Below are positions 42,280-51,047 of a stretch of 64,000 bases of DNA, piece after piece (positions within the stretch are counted from its first letter, which is position 1; every line of letters starts with the position of its first letter). Origin of the DNA: Gammaproteobacteria bacterium (GTDB taxonomy: Bacteria > Pseudomonadota > Gammaproteobacteria > Eutrophobiales > Eutrophobiaceae); NCBI GenBank assembly GCA_965222155.1, contig CBDCTH010000012.1, forward strand, positions 896,001 to 960,000, in the 5' to 3' direction. The translations under genes and the position numbers were made by a program. The notes under the pieces were generated by a model, which searched no databases, was not told where the DNA came from, and was given only the letters and a program-made list of their open reading frames with translations.

Positions 42280-42662
42280 GATGACTTCCTCCTTTTCAGT
42301 TCAGGTAGCGTTTAAGAATAACCAGTATAACAAATTTCCTGACTTTAACGGCAGGTGCTCCCGCTAAATCGAGGTCAATACAGTGATTATAGTCGAAGAC
42401 AGGGGGACAGATTTAAATCTGTCCCCCAGGAGATAAGGGGGCCTGTTTCCCTGGGAGGGAGGGGTCTCGCCCTCCACGAGGGCAGGATGCCCTCGGTCCC
42501 GGGAGTTAGCGGGAACTGCTGCTTTAACGGTTCAGGGGAACAGGCCAACCGCCTACGTTTATATAAATTTACTATCTCCAAACAGGCTCTCCGCCCGTCT
42601 TGCATCACGCCACCCGGCCTGCTTGCGTTTCCCCCAAGGATAAAAGGGGTCGCCGACCCCCT

Positions 42663-43369
42663 TTATTCAAACACCCGGGGTGTAAAGTCCGTATCATTGA
42701 TGATACAGGCACTGCTGCCGGTGGCCCGGATGACATACAACCCCTGCCGCTGTGCATACACCTCCGCGGCCTGCTCTGCCTGCAAATACGCCACTGCACC
42801 GTAGACCTGCTTGCCCCGGTACACCGGTTGATACTCCATGAACCTCCCCAGCTTGGCCAGAAACCGCTTCACGTGCTCGACGTTCAACGTGGTCTTCACC
42901 TCCACCACCACCAGCTCCGCCCCGTTCCCGGCCAGGATGTCAAACTCATAATGCTCGCCATTGCGCCGACCCTTCACCCGGGGATAGGTGGACTCCACCC
43001 TGATGCCACGCGCCTGCAACAGCGCCACCAGGTCCCCCTCCACCAGACTTTCCATCAGCTTGCCCCACTGCGTTGTAAACAACCCTTCCAGCTTCTTCAT
43101 CCGCTTATCGATGCGCCGGTCGGTCTCCTTCATCTGCCGGTCAGTCTCCTTCATTTGCCGATCGGTCTCTCCTTCATCTGCCGATCTGTTTCCTCCATCC
43201 GTTGTTCGATGCGGCGGTCGGTCTCCTTAAACAGTTTCCATATCTCTGCTATCTCCCGAGCAGATTTCATCCTCTGCTGTTCTGTTTCTTCCTGCTTCTC
43301 GGAGACCTCTCGCAGGATAGCCCAGATCTCTTCAGGGGTGGCGGGTTCTCGATGCAGTTTGTTTTCCAT
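42663..43369 (-). pseudogene. Copy 6, frameshifted within the repeat region
   Basis: GAAGGAGAGACC instead of GAAGGAGACC (+2 nt) near 43165-43175 splits it into ORFs 43151-43369 and 42663-43154. Confidence 0.8.
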
Positions 43370-43748
43370 GATGACTTCCTCCTTTTCAGTTCAGGTAGCG
43401 TTTAAGAATAACCAGTATAACAAATTTCCTGACTTTAACGGCAGGTGCTCCCGCTAAATCGAGGTCAATACAGTAATGTTTGCCGGATTCGAAGACAGGG
43501 GGACAGATTTAAATCTGTATAAGGGGGCCTGTTTCCCTGGGAGGGAGGGGTCTCGCCCTCCACGAGGGCAGGATGCCCTCGGTCCCGGGAGTTAGCGGGA
43601 ACTGCTGCTTTAACGGTTCAGGGGAACAGGCCAACCGCCTACGTTTATATAAATTTACTATCTCCAAACAGGCTCTCCGCCCGTCTTGCATCACGCCACC
43701 CGGCCTGCTTGCGTTTCCCCCAAGGATAAAAGGGGTCGCCGACCCCCT

Positions 43749-44444
43749 TTATTCAAACACCCGGGGTGTAAAGTCCGTATCATTGATGATACAGGCACTG
43801 CTGCCGGTGGCCCGGATGACATACAACCCCTGCCGCTGTGCATACACCTCCGCGGCCTGCTCTGCCTGCAAATACGCCACTGCACCGTAGACCTGCTTGC
43901 CCCGGTACACCGGTTGATACTCCATGAACCTCCCCAGCTTGGCCAGAAACCGCTTCACGTGCTCGACGTTCAACGTGGTCTTCACCTCCACCACCACCAG
44001 CTCCGCCCCGTTCCCGGCCAGGATGTCAAACTCATAATGCTCGCCATTGCGCCGACCCTTCACCCGGGGATAGGTGGACTCCACCCGGATGCCACGCGCC
44101 TGCAACAGCGCCACCAGGTCCCCCTCCACCAGACTTTCCATCAGCTTGCCCCACTGCGTTGTAAACAACCCTTCCAGCTTCTTCATCCGCTTATCGATGC
44201 GCCGGTCGGTCTCCTTCATCTGCTTATCGATGCGCCGGTCGGTCTCCTTCATTTGCCGATCGGTTTCCTCCATCCGTTGTTCGATGCGGCGGTCGGTCTC
44301 CTTAAACAGTTTCCATATCTCTGCTATCTCCTGAGCAGATTTCATCCTCTGCTGTTCTGTTTCTTCCTGCTTCTCGGAGACCTCTCGCAGGATAGCCCAG
44401 ATCTCTTCAGGGGTGGCGGGTTCTTGAAGCAGTTTGTTTTCCAT
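43749..44444 (-). CDS. Coiled-coil + PD-(D/E)XK nuclease-like protein, copy 7, 231 aa
   Basis: As copy 1. Confidence 0.85.
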   Translation of the reverse strand: MENKLLQEPATPEEIWAILREVSEKQEETEQQRMKSAQEIAEIWKLFKETDRRIEQRMEETDRQMKETDRRIDKQMKETDRRIDKRMKKLEGLFTTQWGKLMESLVEGDLVALLQARGIRVESTYPRVKGRRNGEHYEFDILAGNGAELVVVEVKTTLNVEHVKRFLAKLGRFMEYQPVYRGKQVYGAVAYLQAEQAAEVYAQRQGLYVIRATGSSACIINDTDFTPRVFE

Positions 44445-44834
44445 GATGACTTCCTCCTTTTCAGTTCAGGTAGCGTTTAAGAATAACCAGTATAACAAAT
44501 TTCCTGACTTTAACGGCAGGTGCTCCCGCTAAATCGAGGTCAATACAGTAATGTTTGCCGGATTCGAAGACAGGGGGGACAGATTTAAATCTGTCCCCCA
44601 GGAGATAAGGGGGCCTGTTTCCCTGGGAGGGAGGGCGTCTCGCCCTCCACGAGTGCAGGATATCCTCGGTCCCGGGAGTTAGCGGGAACTGCTGCTTTAA
44701 CGGTTCAGGGGAACAGGCCAACCGCCTACTTTTATATAAATTTACTATCTCCAAACAGGCTCTCCGCCCGTCTTGCATCACGCTACCCGGCCTGCTTGCG
44801 TTTCCCCAAGGATAAAAGGGGTCGCCGACCCCCT

Positions 44835-45485
44835 TTATTCAAACACCCGGGGTGTAAAGTCCGTATCATTGATGATACAGGCACTGCTGCCGGTGGCCCG
44901 GATGACATACAACCCCTGCCGCTGTGCATACACCTCCGCGGCCTGCTCTGCCTGCAAATACGCCACTGCACCGTAGACCTGCTTGCCCCGGTACACCGGT
45001 TGATACGCCATGAACCTCCCCAGCTTGGCCAGAAACCGCTTCACGTGCTCGACGTTCAACGTGGTCTTTACCTCCACCACCACCAGCTCCGCCCCGTTCC
45101 CGGCCAGGATGTCAAACTCATAATGCTCGCCATTGCGCCGACCCTTCACCCGCGGATAGGTGGACTCCACCCTGATGCCACGCGCCTGCAACAGCGCCAC
45201 CAGGTCCCCCTCCACCAGACTTTCCATCAGCTTGCCCCACTGCGTTGTAAACAACCCTTCCAGCTTCTTCATCCGCTTATCGATGCGCCGGTCGGTCTCC
45301 TTCATCTGCCGATCGGTTTCCTTCATCCGCCAGTCGGTCTCCTTCATCCGTTCACGAAGCTCCTCCATTTCCTGGTCAGCTTTTCTCCTCTGTTCTTGCG
45401 CTTCTTTTTGCTTCTCTGAGACCTCTCGCAGGATAGCCCAGATCTCTTCAGGGGTGGCAGGTGCTCGATGTAGTTCATTTTCCAT
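44835..45485 (-). CDS. Coiled-coil + PD-(D/E)XK nuclease-like protein, copy 8, 216 aa (most divergent N-terminus)
   Basis: KEAQEQRRKADQEMEELRERMK replaces the segment shared by copies 1-7; its leader diverges beyond about 45530. Confidence 0.85.
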   Translation of the reverse strand: MENELHRAPATPEEIWAILREVSEKQKEAQEQRRKADQEMEELRERMKETDWRMKETDRQMKETDRRIDKRMKKLEGLFTTQWGKLMESLVEGDLVALLQARGIRVESTYPRVKGRRNGEHYEFDILAGNGAELVVVEVKTTLNVEHVKRFLAKLGRFMAYQPVYRGKQVYGAVAYLQAEQAAEVYAQRQGLYVIRATGSSACIINDTDFTPRVFE

Positions 45486-46046
45486 GATGACTTCCTCCTT
45501 TTCAGTTCAGGTGACGTTCAAGAATAACAGAATAGCCAATGTACAACAAATTTCAGTGTTTTCCAACAGGAGTATTTTCCAATATGAAATGCGCCTGAAA
45601 CAGTCTGCGTTTCTGCTCATTGCGCCCATCCCCCTGCTCAACTCCATACAGAGCTTGCCCCTGCGGTTGTAAGCAGGGGGGCAGGCTCTGTGCGCAACCC
45701 TCAGGCGGCTCCGCCATGCACAAATTTGCCTGGGGCAAATATGAACAGTCGAGCCACGCGAGACTGGCCCCAACGGGGCAAAGTACAGGACGTACTTTGT
45801 AAATCGTTTGTCCTGACGATTTGTCATGATAGGAGGATGAAAATGGGAAAAAAAGGGACAGATTTATTTTTACTCGGTCTTCCCAAGCCACATTTCCTCT
45901 GTGATCTCCGTCCCCTCTCGGGCAAAAATAAATCTGTCCCCTTTTTCCACATAGGTAAGTAAGTCCCAAATACTGGAATTTGGCGGCTTTTTACTGGTAT
46001 CATGGGTACCCTCTTTACTGATTTACTCCTCCAGAGGGACCGATTC

Positions 46047-48299
46047 ATGCCGGAAAATCTTACCTTGGATTTCGAACGCAGCGAAACCCAACCTTTATAC
46101 GAATTTACAGAAAAAGCATACCTGGACTACTCCATGTACGTCATTCTGGACCGAGCCTTGCCCCATATCGGCGATGGTTTGAAGCCGGTACAGAGACGAA
46201 TCATCTACGCCATGTCCGAACTGGGCCTGAGCGCGGCCTCCAAATTCAAGAAATCGGCCCGCACGGTGGGGGACGTTATCGGCAAGTTCCATCCTCACGG
46301 GGACAGCGCCTGTTATGAGGCCATGGTGCTGATGGCGCAGGATTTCAGTTACCGCTATCCCATCGTCGACGGCCAGGGCAACTGGGGTTCCATGGACGAT
46401 CCCAAGTCTTTCGCGGCCATGCGCTATACGGAATCCAAGCTGAAGCCCTACAGCCAGGTATTGCTGGCGGAGCTGGGACAGGGAACCGTTGACTGGACCC
46501 CCAATTTTGACGGCACCCTGCAGGAGCCGAAATTATTGCCTGCGCGGCTGCCCAACATATTATTGAACGGCGCCACGGGGATTGCCGTCGGCATGGCTAC
46601 GGATATCCCCCCCCATAACCTGAGGGAGGTGGCCGGCGCTTGTATTCACCTGCTGGAGCAGCCCCGCAGTACGGTCGAGGAATTGTTCGACTATATCAAA
46701 GGCCCGGATTTTCCCACCGAGGCGGAGATCATCACACCGGCGCATGAGCTGCTGGAGATCTATCGCAACGGCAACGGTTCCGTGAAACTGCGGGCCAGGT
46801 GGGAGAAGGAGGGGGGGAATGTCATCGTCACCGCGTTGCCTTACCAGACCTCCGGCAACAAGATACTGGAGCAGGTGGCTGCGCAGATGCAGGCGAAGAA
46901 ATTGCCGATGCTGGAAGACCTGCGCGATGAATCCGACCATGAAAACCCGACCCGGCTCGTGTTCATCCCGCGCTCCAACCGGGTCAACCTGACCGAACTG
47001 ATGTCGCACCTGTTCGCCACGACCGACCTGGAACGCAGTTACCGGGTCAACCTGAACATGATCGGCGTCAACGGCCGGCCCCATGTCAAGGACCTCAAGA
47101 CTATCCTGAAGGAGTGGTTGCAGTATCGTACCGAGACGGTGCGCCGGCGCCTGCAGCACCGTCTGGAACAGGTTGAACAGCGGGTTCATGTGCTGGAAGG
47201 CCTGATGACGGCTTACCTGAACATCGATGAAGTGATCAGGATCGTGCGCGAGGAAGACCACCCCAAACAGGAATTGATGCGGCGGTTTCAGTTGTCCGAG
47301 GTACAGGCGGAGGCCATTCTCGACCTCAGGTTGCGGCGTCTGGCCAAGCTGGAGGAAATCAAGATCCGGGGCGAACTGGACGAACTGCAGGAAGAAAGAG
47401 AATCCCTGCAGCTGATACTGGGTTCGGCTGCCCGTCTCAGAACCCTGGTAAAAGAAGAAATCAGGGGGGACATGGAAAAGTACGGCGATGCGCGGCGTTC
47501 TCCCCTGGAGCAGCGTGAAGAAGCCAGGGCGATGGACGAGACCCAGTTGATGCCCACGGAACCGGTTACGATTATCCTGTCTGAGAAGGGCTGGGTCAGG
47601 GCTGCGAAAGGCCATGATATCGACCCGGAGACCCTGAATTACCGGGCCGGCGACAATTTCCGGCAGGCTGCAATGGGGCGCAGCAACCAGCAGGCCGTAT
47701 TTCTGGATTCGACCGGGCGCTGCTATTCCATCCCCAGCCACGTTTTACCGTCGGCGCGCAGTCATGGCGAACCGGTGTCCAGTTGGGTGACGCCGCCGGA
47801 CGGCGCCGTCTTTATCGGTATCATGCTGGGTGAAAACGACAACCGGTATTTCCTTGCCAGTGACGCAGGTTACGGGTTTGTCGCAAGACTGGGAGATCTG
47901 TACGTCAAGGCGAAAGCCGGCAAGGCTGTGTTGAACGTTCCGCAGTCAGCTTTAATATTGCCTCCGGCGCCGGTATCGGACCACGCAGAAGACCTGGTAG
48001 CCGCCGTCAGTTCCGAAGGCCGCTTGCTGGTCACGGATTTATCCGAATTTCCACAACTGGTCAAGGGCAAGGGGATCAAGGTGATGCAAATTTCACCGGC
48101 CAGGCTGAAGAACCGCGAGGAATACCTGGTTGCGCTCACTGTTTTCGGAAAAAAAGATGCGCTGATCCTGGAGTCCCGTAAACGCCACCTGACCTTGAAA
48201 CCGAAGGACTGGAAGCAGTATCATAGCGAGCGCGGGCGGCGCGGCAATGTCCTGCCGCGGGGCTATCGGCAGGTATCAACAATCAAACCAAAAAAATAA
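46047..48299 (+). CDS. parC: DNA topoisomerase IV subunit A
   Basis: [38 protein letters not shown] and AAMRYTE; start at ATG 46047 behind GAGG. Confidence 0.96.
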   Translation: MPENLTLDFERSETQPLYEFTEKAYLDYSMYVILDRALPHIGDGLKPVQRRIIYAMSELGLSAASKFKKSARTVGDVIGKFHPHGDSACYEAMVLMAQDFSYRYPIVDGQGNWGSMDDPKSFAAMRYTESKLKPYSQVLLAELGQGTVDWTPNFDGTLQEPKLLPARLPNILLNGATGIAVGMATDIPPHNLREVAGACIHLLEQPRSTVEELFDYIKGPDFPTEAEIITPAHELLEIYRNGNGSVKLRARWEKEGGNVIVTALPYQTSGNKILEQVAAQMQAKKLPMLEDLRDESDHENPTRLVFIPRSNRVNLTELMSHLFATTDLERSYRVNLNMIGVNGRPHVKDLKTILKEWLQYRTETVRRRLQHRLEQVEQRVHVLEGLMTAYLNIDEVIRIVREEDHPKQELMRRFQLSEVQAEAILDLRLRRLAKLEEIKIRGELDELQEERESLQLILGSAARLRTLVKEEIRGDMEKYGDARRSPLEQREEARAMDETQLMPTEPVTIILSEKGWVRAAKGHDIDPETLNYRAGDNFRQAAMGRSNQQAVFLDSTGRCYSIPSHVLPSARSHGEPVSSWVTPPDGAVFIGIMLGENDNRYFLASDAGYGFVARLGDLYVKAKAGKAVLNVPQSALILPPAPVSDHAEDLVAAVSSEGRLLVTDLSEFPQLVKGKGIKVMQISPARLKNREEYLVALTVFGKKDALILESRKRHLTLKPKDWKQYHSERGRRGNVLPRGYRQVSTIKPKK

Positions 48300-48305
48300 T
48301 AATCC

Positions 48306-48875
48306 ATGGCTAACTACGGCACCAATGAATTCAAGCCAGGCTTGAAGCTGACCATTGACGGCGACCCCTGTTCCATTCTTGAGAGCGAATTTGTCAAGCC
48401 GGGCAAGGGCCAGGCGTTCACCCGCATCAAGATTCGCAACCTGAAAACCGGCAGGGTGCTGGAAAAGACCTGTAAATCGGGGGAGAGCCTGCCGGCTGCC
48501 GACGTAATGGATTTGGAACTGCAGTACCTTTATAACGATGGTGAGTTGTGGTACTTCATGGATACCAGCAATTTTGAGCAGATCGAAGCCGACCGGGCGG
48601 CGCTGGGCAATGCCGACCTGTGGCTGACCGGTGAAGAGATGTGCGGAGTTACCTTATGGAATGGCGCGCCGCTGAGCGTCCAGCCGCCCAACTTCGTCGA
48701 ACTCAGGATCACCGAAACCGACCCGGGCCTACGCGGAGACACCGCCGCCGGGGGCACAAAACCGGCCACCCTGGAAACCGGCGCTACCGTCAAGGTTCCC
48801 CTGTTTGTCGAGCAGGATGAGAAAATCAAGGTGGACACCCGCACAGGTGAATACGTGAGTCGCGTGAAAAACTGA
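48306..48875 (+). CDS. efp: Elongation factor P
   Basis: [27 protein letters not shown] and [11 protein letters not shown]. Confidence 0.96.
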   Translation: MANYGTNEFKPGLKLTIDGDPCSILESEFVKPGKGQAFTRIKIRNLKTGRVLEKTCKSGESLPAADVMDLELQYLYNDGELWYFMDTSNFEQIEADRAALGNADLWLTGEEMCGVTLWNGAPLSVQPPNFVELRITETDPGLRGDTAAGGTKPATLETGATVKVPLFVEQDEKIKVDTRTGEYVSRVKN

Positions 48876-49117
48876 CTCGCGTATTTCACCGGGTTGTATA
48901 TAAGTTCAGAAACATCTTGCACTATGCGGAGGAGGAAGAGTAGTGCAATCGGGATTTGATGGTTGTCCCAAATTTTAATTAAATTATCCTTATATTTTTT
49001 ATTGTGTAAACATCAAAATAGAGACAGGGTATGACTATGCTGGCAGCAGAAGATACTTGTAGCTGGATATTCAGATTCAGATGACAGATCTTCATGTTAC
49101 CTATAATCTTCTTGTAC

Positions 49118-49573
49118 ATGCCCATTCCGACTCTTGATAAACACGGACTTCTACCTCTTGGCGTATATGACTGTACGCTGCAGGAAATTAAGGAAGCTTT
49201 TGTTGGAAACATACAGCGAAGACAACTATTTGATAATTTTCTGAACTGTTTGAGTGATGAAATTCGTCCATTATTCGATAGTCCTATTTATATCAACGGT
49301 AGTTTCGTTATGGACAAAGATCGCCCGGAAGATGTCGATGTCGTCCTCGATTTAGAAGACACGCCTGATGAAAAGAAATGGGCAGGTTTGATGTTTATGA
49401 ACAATCATCAGAATAGATTATTAATTGAATATCAGGTCCATTTCTGGATAAATTTTGCAACTCCGGGATGTTCTGATTTTTCCGTATTTTTTCAGTATAT
49501 CGGTGTCAAGACCGCCAGATTCAAAGGCCTGAATCCCAAGCACCTCAAAGGCATACTCAGGATAGTCCGATGA
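49118..49573 (+). CDS. DUF6932-like minimal nucleotidyltransferase-fold protein
   Basis: IP....GLLP.G.YDCT..EI, NGSFV.DK.RP.DVDVV (GS..DxD) and C-terminal KGI; AT-rich. Confidence 0.65.
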   Translation: MPIPTLDKHGLLPLGVYDCTLQEIKEAFVGNIQRRQLFDNFLNCLSDEIRPLFDSPIYINGSFVMDKDRPEDVDVVLDLEDTPDEKKWAGLMFMNNHQNRLLIEYQVHFWINFATPGCSDFSVFFQYIGVKTARFKGLNPKHLKGILRIVR

Positions 49574-50571
49574 ATGAATGGACCGAAGCAGTGGAAGCAA
49601 AAGCTCGGATAATTCACGAGCAACTTGCCTCGGCACGCGCCATCGCAGAGAGAAACGGATCCAGTGCCGACGAAATAACTCAGCCATATCTGGACTTGCT
49701 GGGAAGTCTTTATCGAGACGAATTTGTCTTTGCCCAACTTATAGACACATCTGATTTAGTTGTTCGATTCACTGGACCAGCTGTTTCCAGCGTCGATCCT
49801 ACCGTAACAATTGTCACTTCGTTATTCAATACCCTGCGGAATCAGATCCGAGGTGTTATCAAGTCCATAATCGGCCTCAGTGGCGACGAAAATGTAAAAT
49901 GGCCTTCTGAGCTCGATCCGCACCTATCCGGCCTTGCACACGGAAGCCTTGTCGTTGGCATCAGCATCCATCCGCCAGATGAAGGGAGTAACTATGGGCA
50001 GGTGAAAGTTCCAGGCGTTTCATGGGAAGTTGTGGAGTCCATCCGGGGCGCGGTCAGAAGTATAGCGACTGTCGCGCGCCACGTTCATGAAGACCGCATT
50101 GATGAAAATGCTATTCAATCTGATGTTCCGGACCCTGCAATCCGAGATACCGTAATGGTTGCCGCAAGTAAACTGGCACCATCAGGGCGGAAAGGTTATG
50201 ATAGCGTGGCTTTCTACGAACCTAGAGAGACAGGAGTCGAAGCACCGTTGTTAACGGTTCGATCTCGCAGAATGCTCAATCAGTCTCTTACTCGTTCCGT
50301 TCGTGTCAGTGGGCAGGGGAGCTTTGAAGGCGTCGTTCGAGCGATAGATCTGGACACGAGGCGGTTTGAGATACGTAATGTGAAAGATATCGGTGCGATC
50401 AGATGCATGTATGAGCCAAGCCAGCAAGAATCTGCAAAGAACGTCCTCGATCGCCGAATACGGGTTGACGGGAATTATGAAACCATGGAAAACCAAAAAC
50501 CCAGGCTGATTGCCGTGACCTCTATCAAAGTACTTGATGCTCCAATCCAGCAAGACAATTTAAAACTCTAA
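49570..50571 (+). CDS. Hypothetical protein translationally coupled to the DUF6932-like gene
   Basis: 333-aa ORF with an ATGA overlap; C-terminal beta-rich region (GVVRAIDLD.RRFEIR) could be OB-fold-like. Confidence 0.7.
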   Translation: MNEWTEAVEAKARIIHEQLASARAIAERNGSSADEITQPYLDLLGSLYRDEFVFAQLIDTSDLVVRFTGPAVSSVDPTVTIVTSLFNTLRNQIRGVIKSIIGLSGDENVKWPSELDPHLSGLAHGSLVVGISIHPPDEGSNYGQVKVPGVSWEVVESIRGAVRSIATVARHVHEDRIDENAIQSDVPDPAIRDTVMVAASKLAPSGRKGYDSVAFYEPRETGVEAPLLTVRSRRMLNQSLTRSVRVSGQGSFEGVVRAIDLDTRRFEIRNVKDIGAIRCMYEPSQQESAKNVLDRRIRVDGNYETMENQKPRLIAVTSIKVLDAPIQQDNLKL

Positions 50572-51047
50572 ATATCAGATTATGGATGAACTGTGCCATC
50601 AACGACACTACACTGACACTGTCAGGCTATTACTTTCTCCAAAGTGATCACGTCGGATACCGCCGTCAGTTTGAACCTGTCGGACAACATTGTCAGTGGG
50701 GTAACCCGGATATTGCACCAGTGTATGCGATGATCGCGGGTCTGCCCGCCACCCAAGGAATCTTCACCACCTGACCCCGGCTGGCGTGTACGCGGTCTCC
50801 CTGATTGGGTCCAGCCGCCCAGTTACGCCATCCGGTATCGTATAACTACGCGGTTATCCGCTCTTTTTCCAAACCTCCACAGACTATTCAGCCAACCGCC
50901 ATCACGTTGTATCAGACTACTGTCTCCTTTGATAATACTTTGAAAAGGCATTGGAATCTCGCGCTCACATTATTGCCCGTTCCGTAGTAGAATTGGACTA
51001 GCGTGAATGAGGCGTTAAAAGGATATTAATCCTATTATACTGTTTAA

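Larger units (their letters stand above)
37357..45530 (-). repeat. Tandem array of 8 gene-containing units (0.86-1.09 kb each)
   Basis: Near-identical genes starting at 38606, 39463, 40332, 41218, 42279, 43369, 44444 and 45485, with a shared leader and palindromic spacers. Confidence 0.95.

Noticed and set aside
37911-45485. Diversity-generating retroelement or shufflon as the explanation of the array
   Set aside because: No reverse transcriptase or invertase in the window, variation is not adenine-specific, and all copies have the same orientation.
37357-45530. Classical integron cassette array
   Set aside because: No intI and no clear RYYYAAC..GTTRRRY attC structure; units carry their own leader and are paralogous.
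37849-45672. Repeated plus-strand ORFs (MHHATRP.., MDSTLMP.., MIRHEPP..) across the array
   Set aside because: Antisense shadows of the minus-strand genes with variable starts and stops and no RBS.
50586-50987. Two tiny ORFs between the two-gene module and yoaA
   Set aside because: Short, no motifs or clear RBS; cannot be supported as genes.
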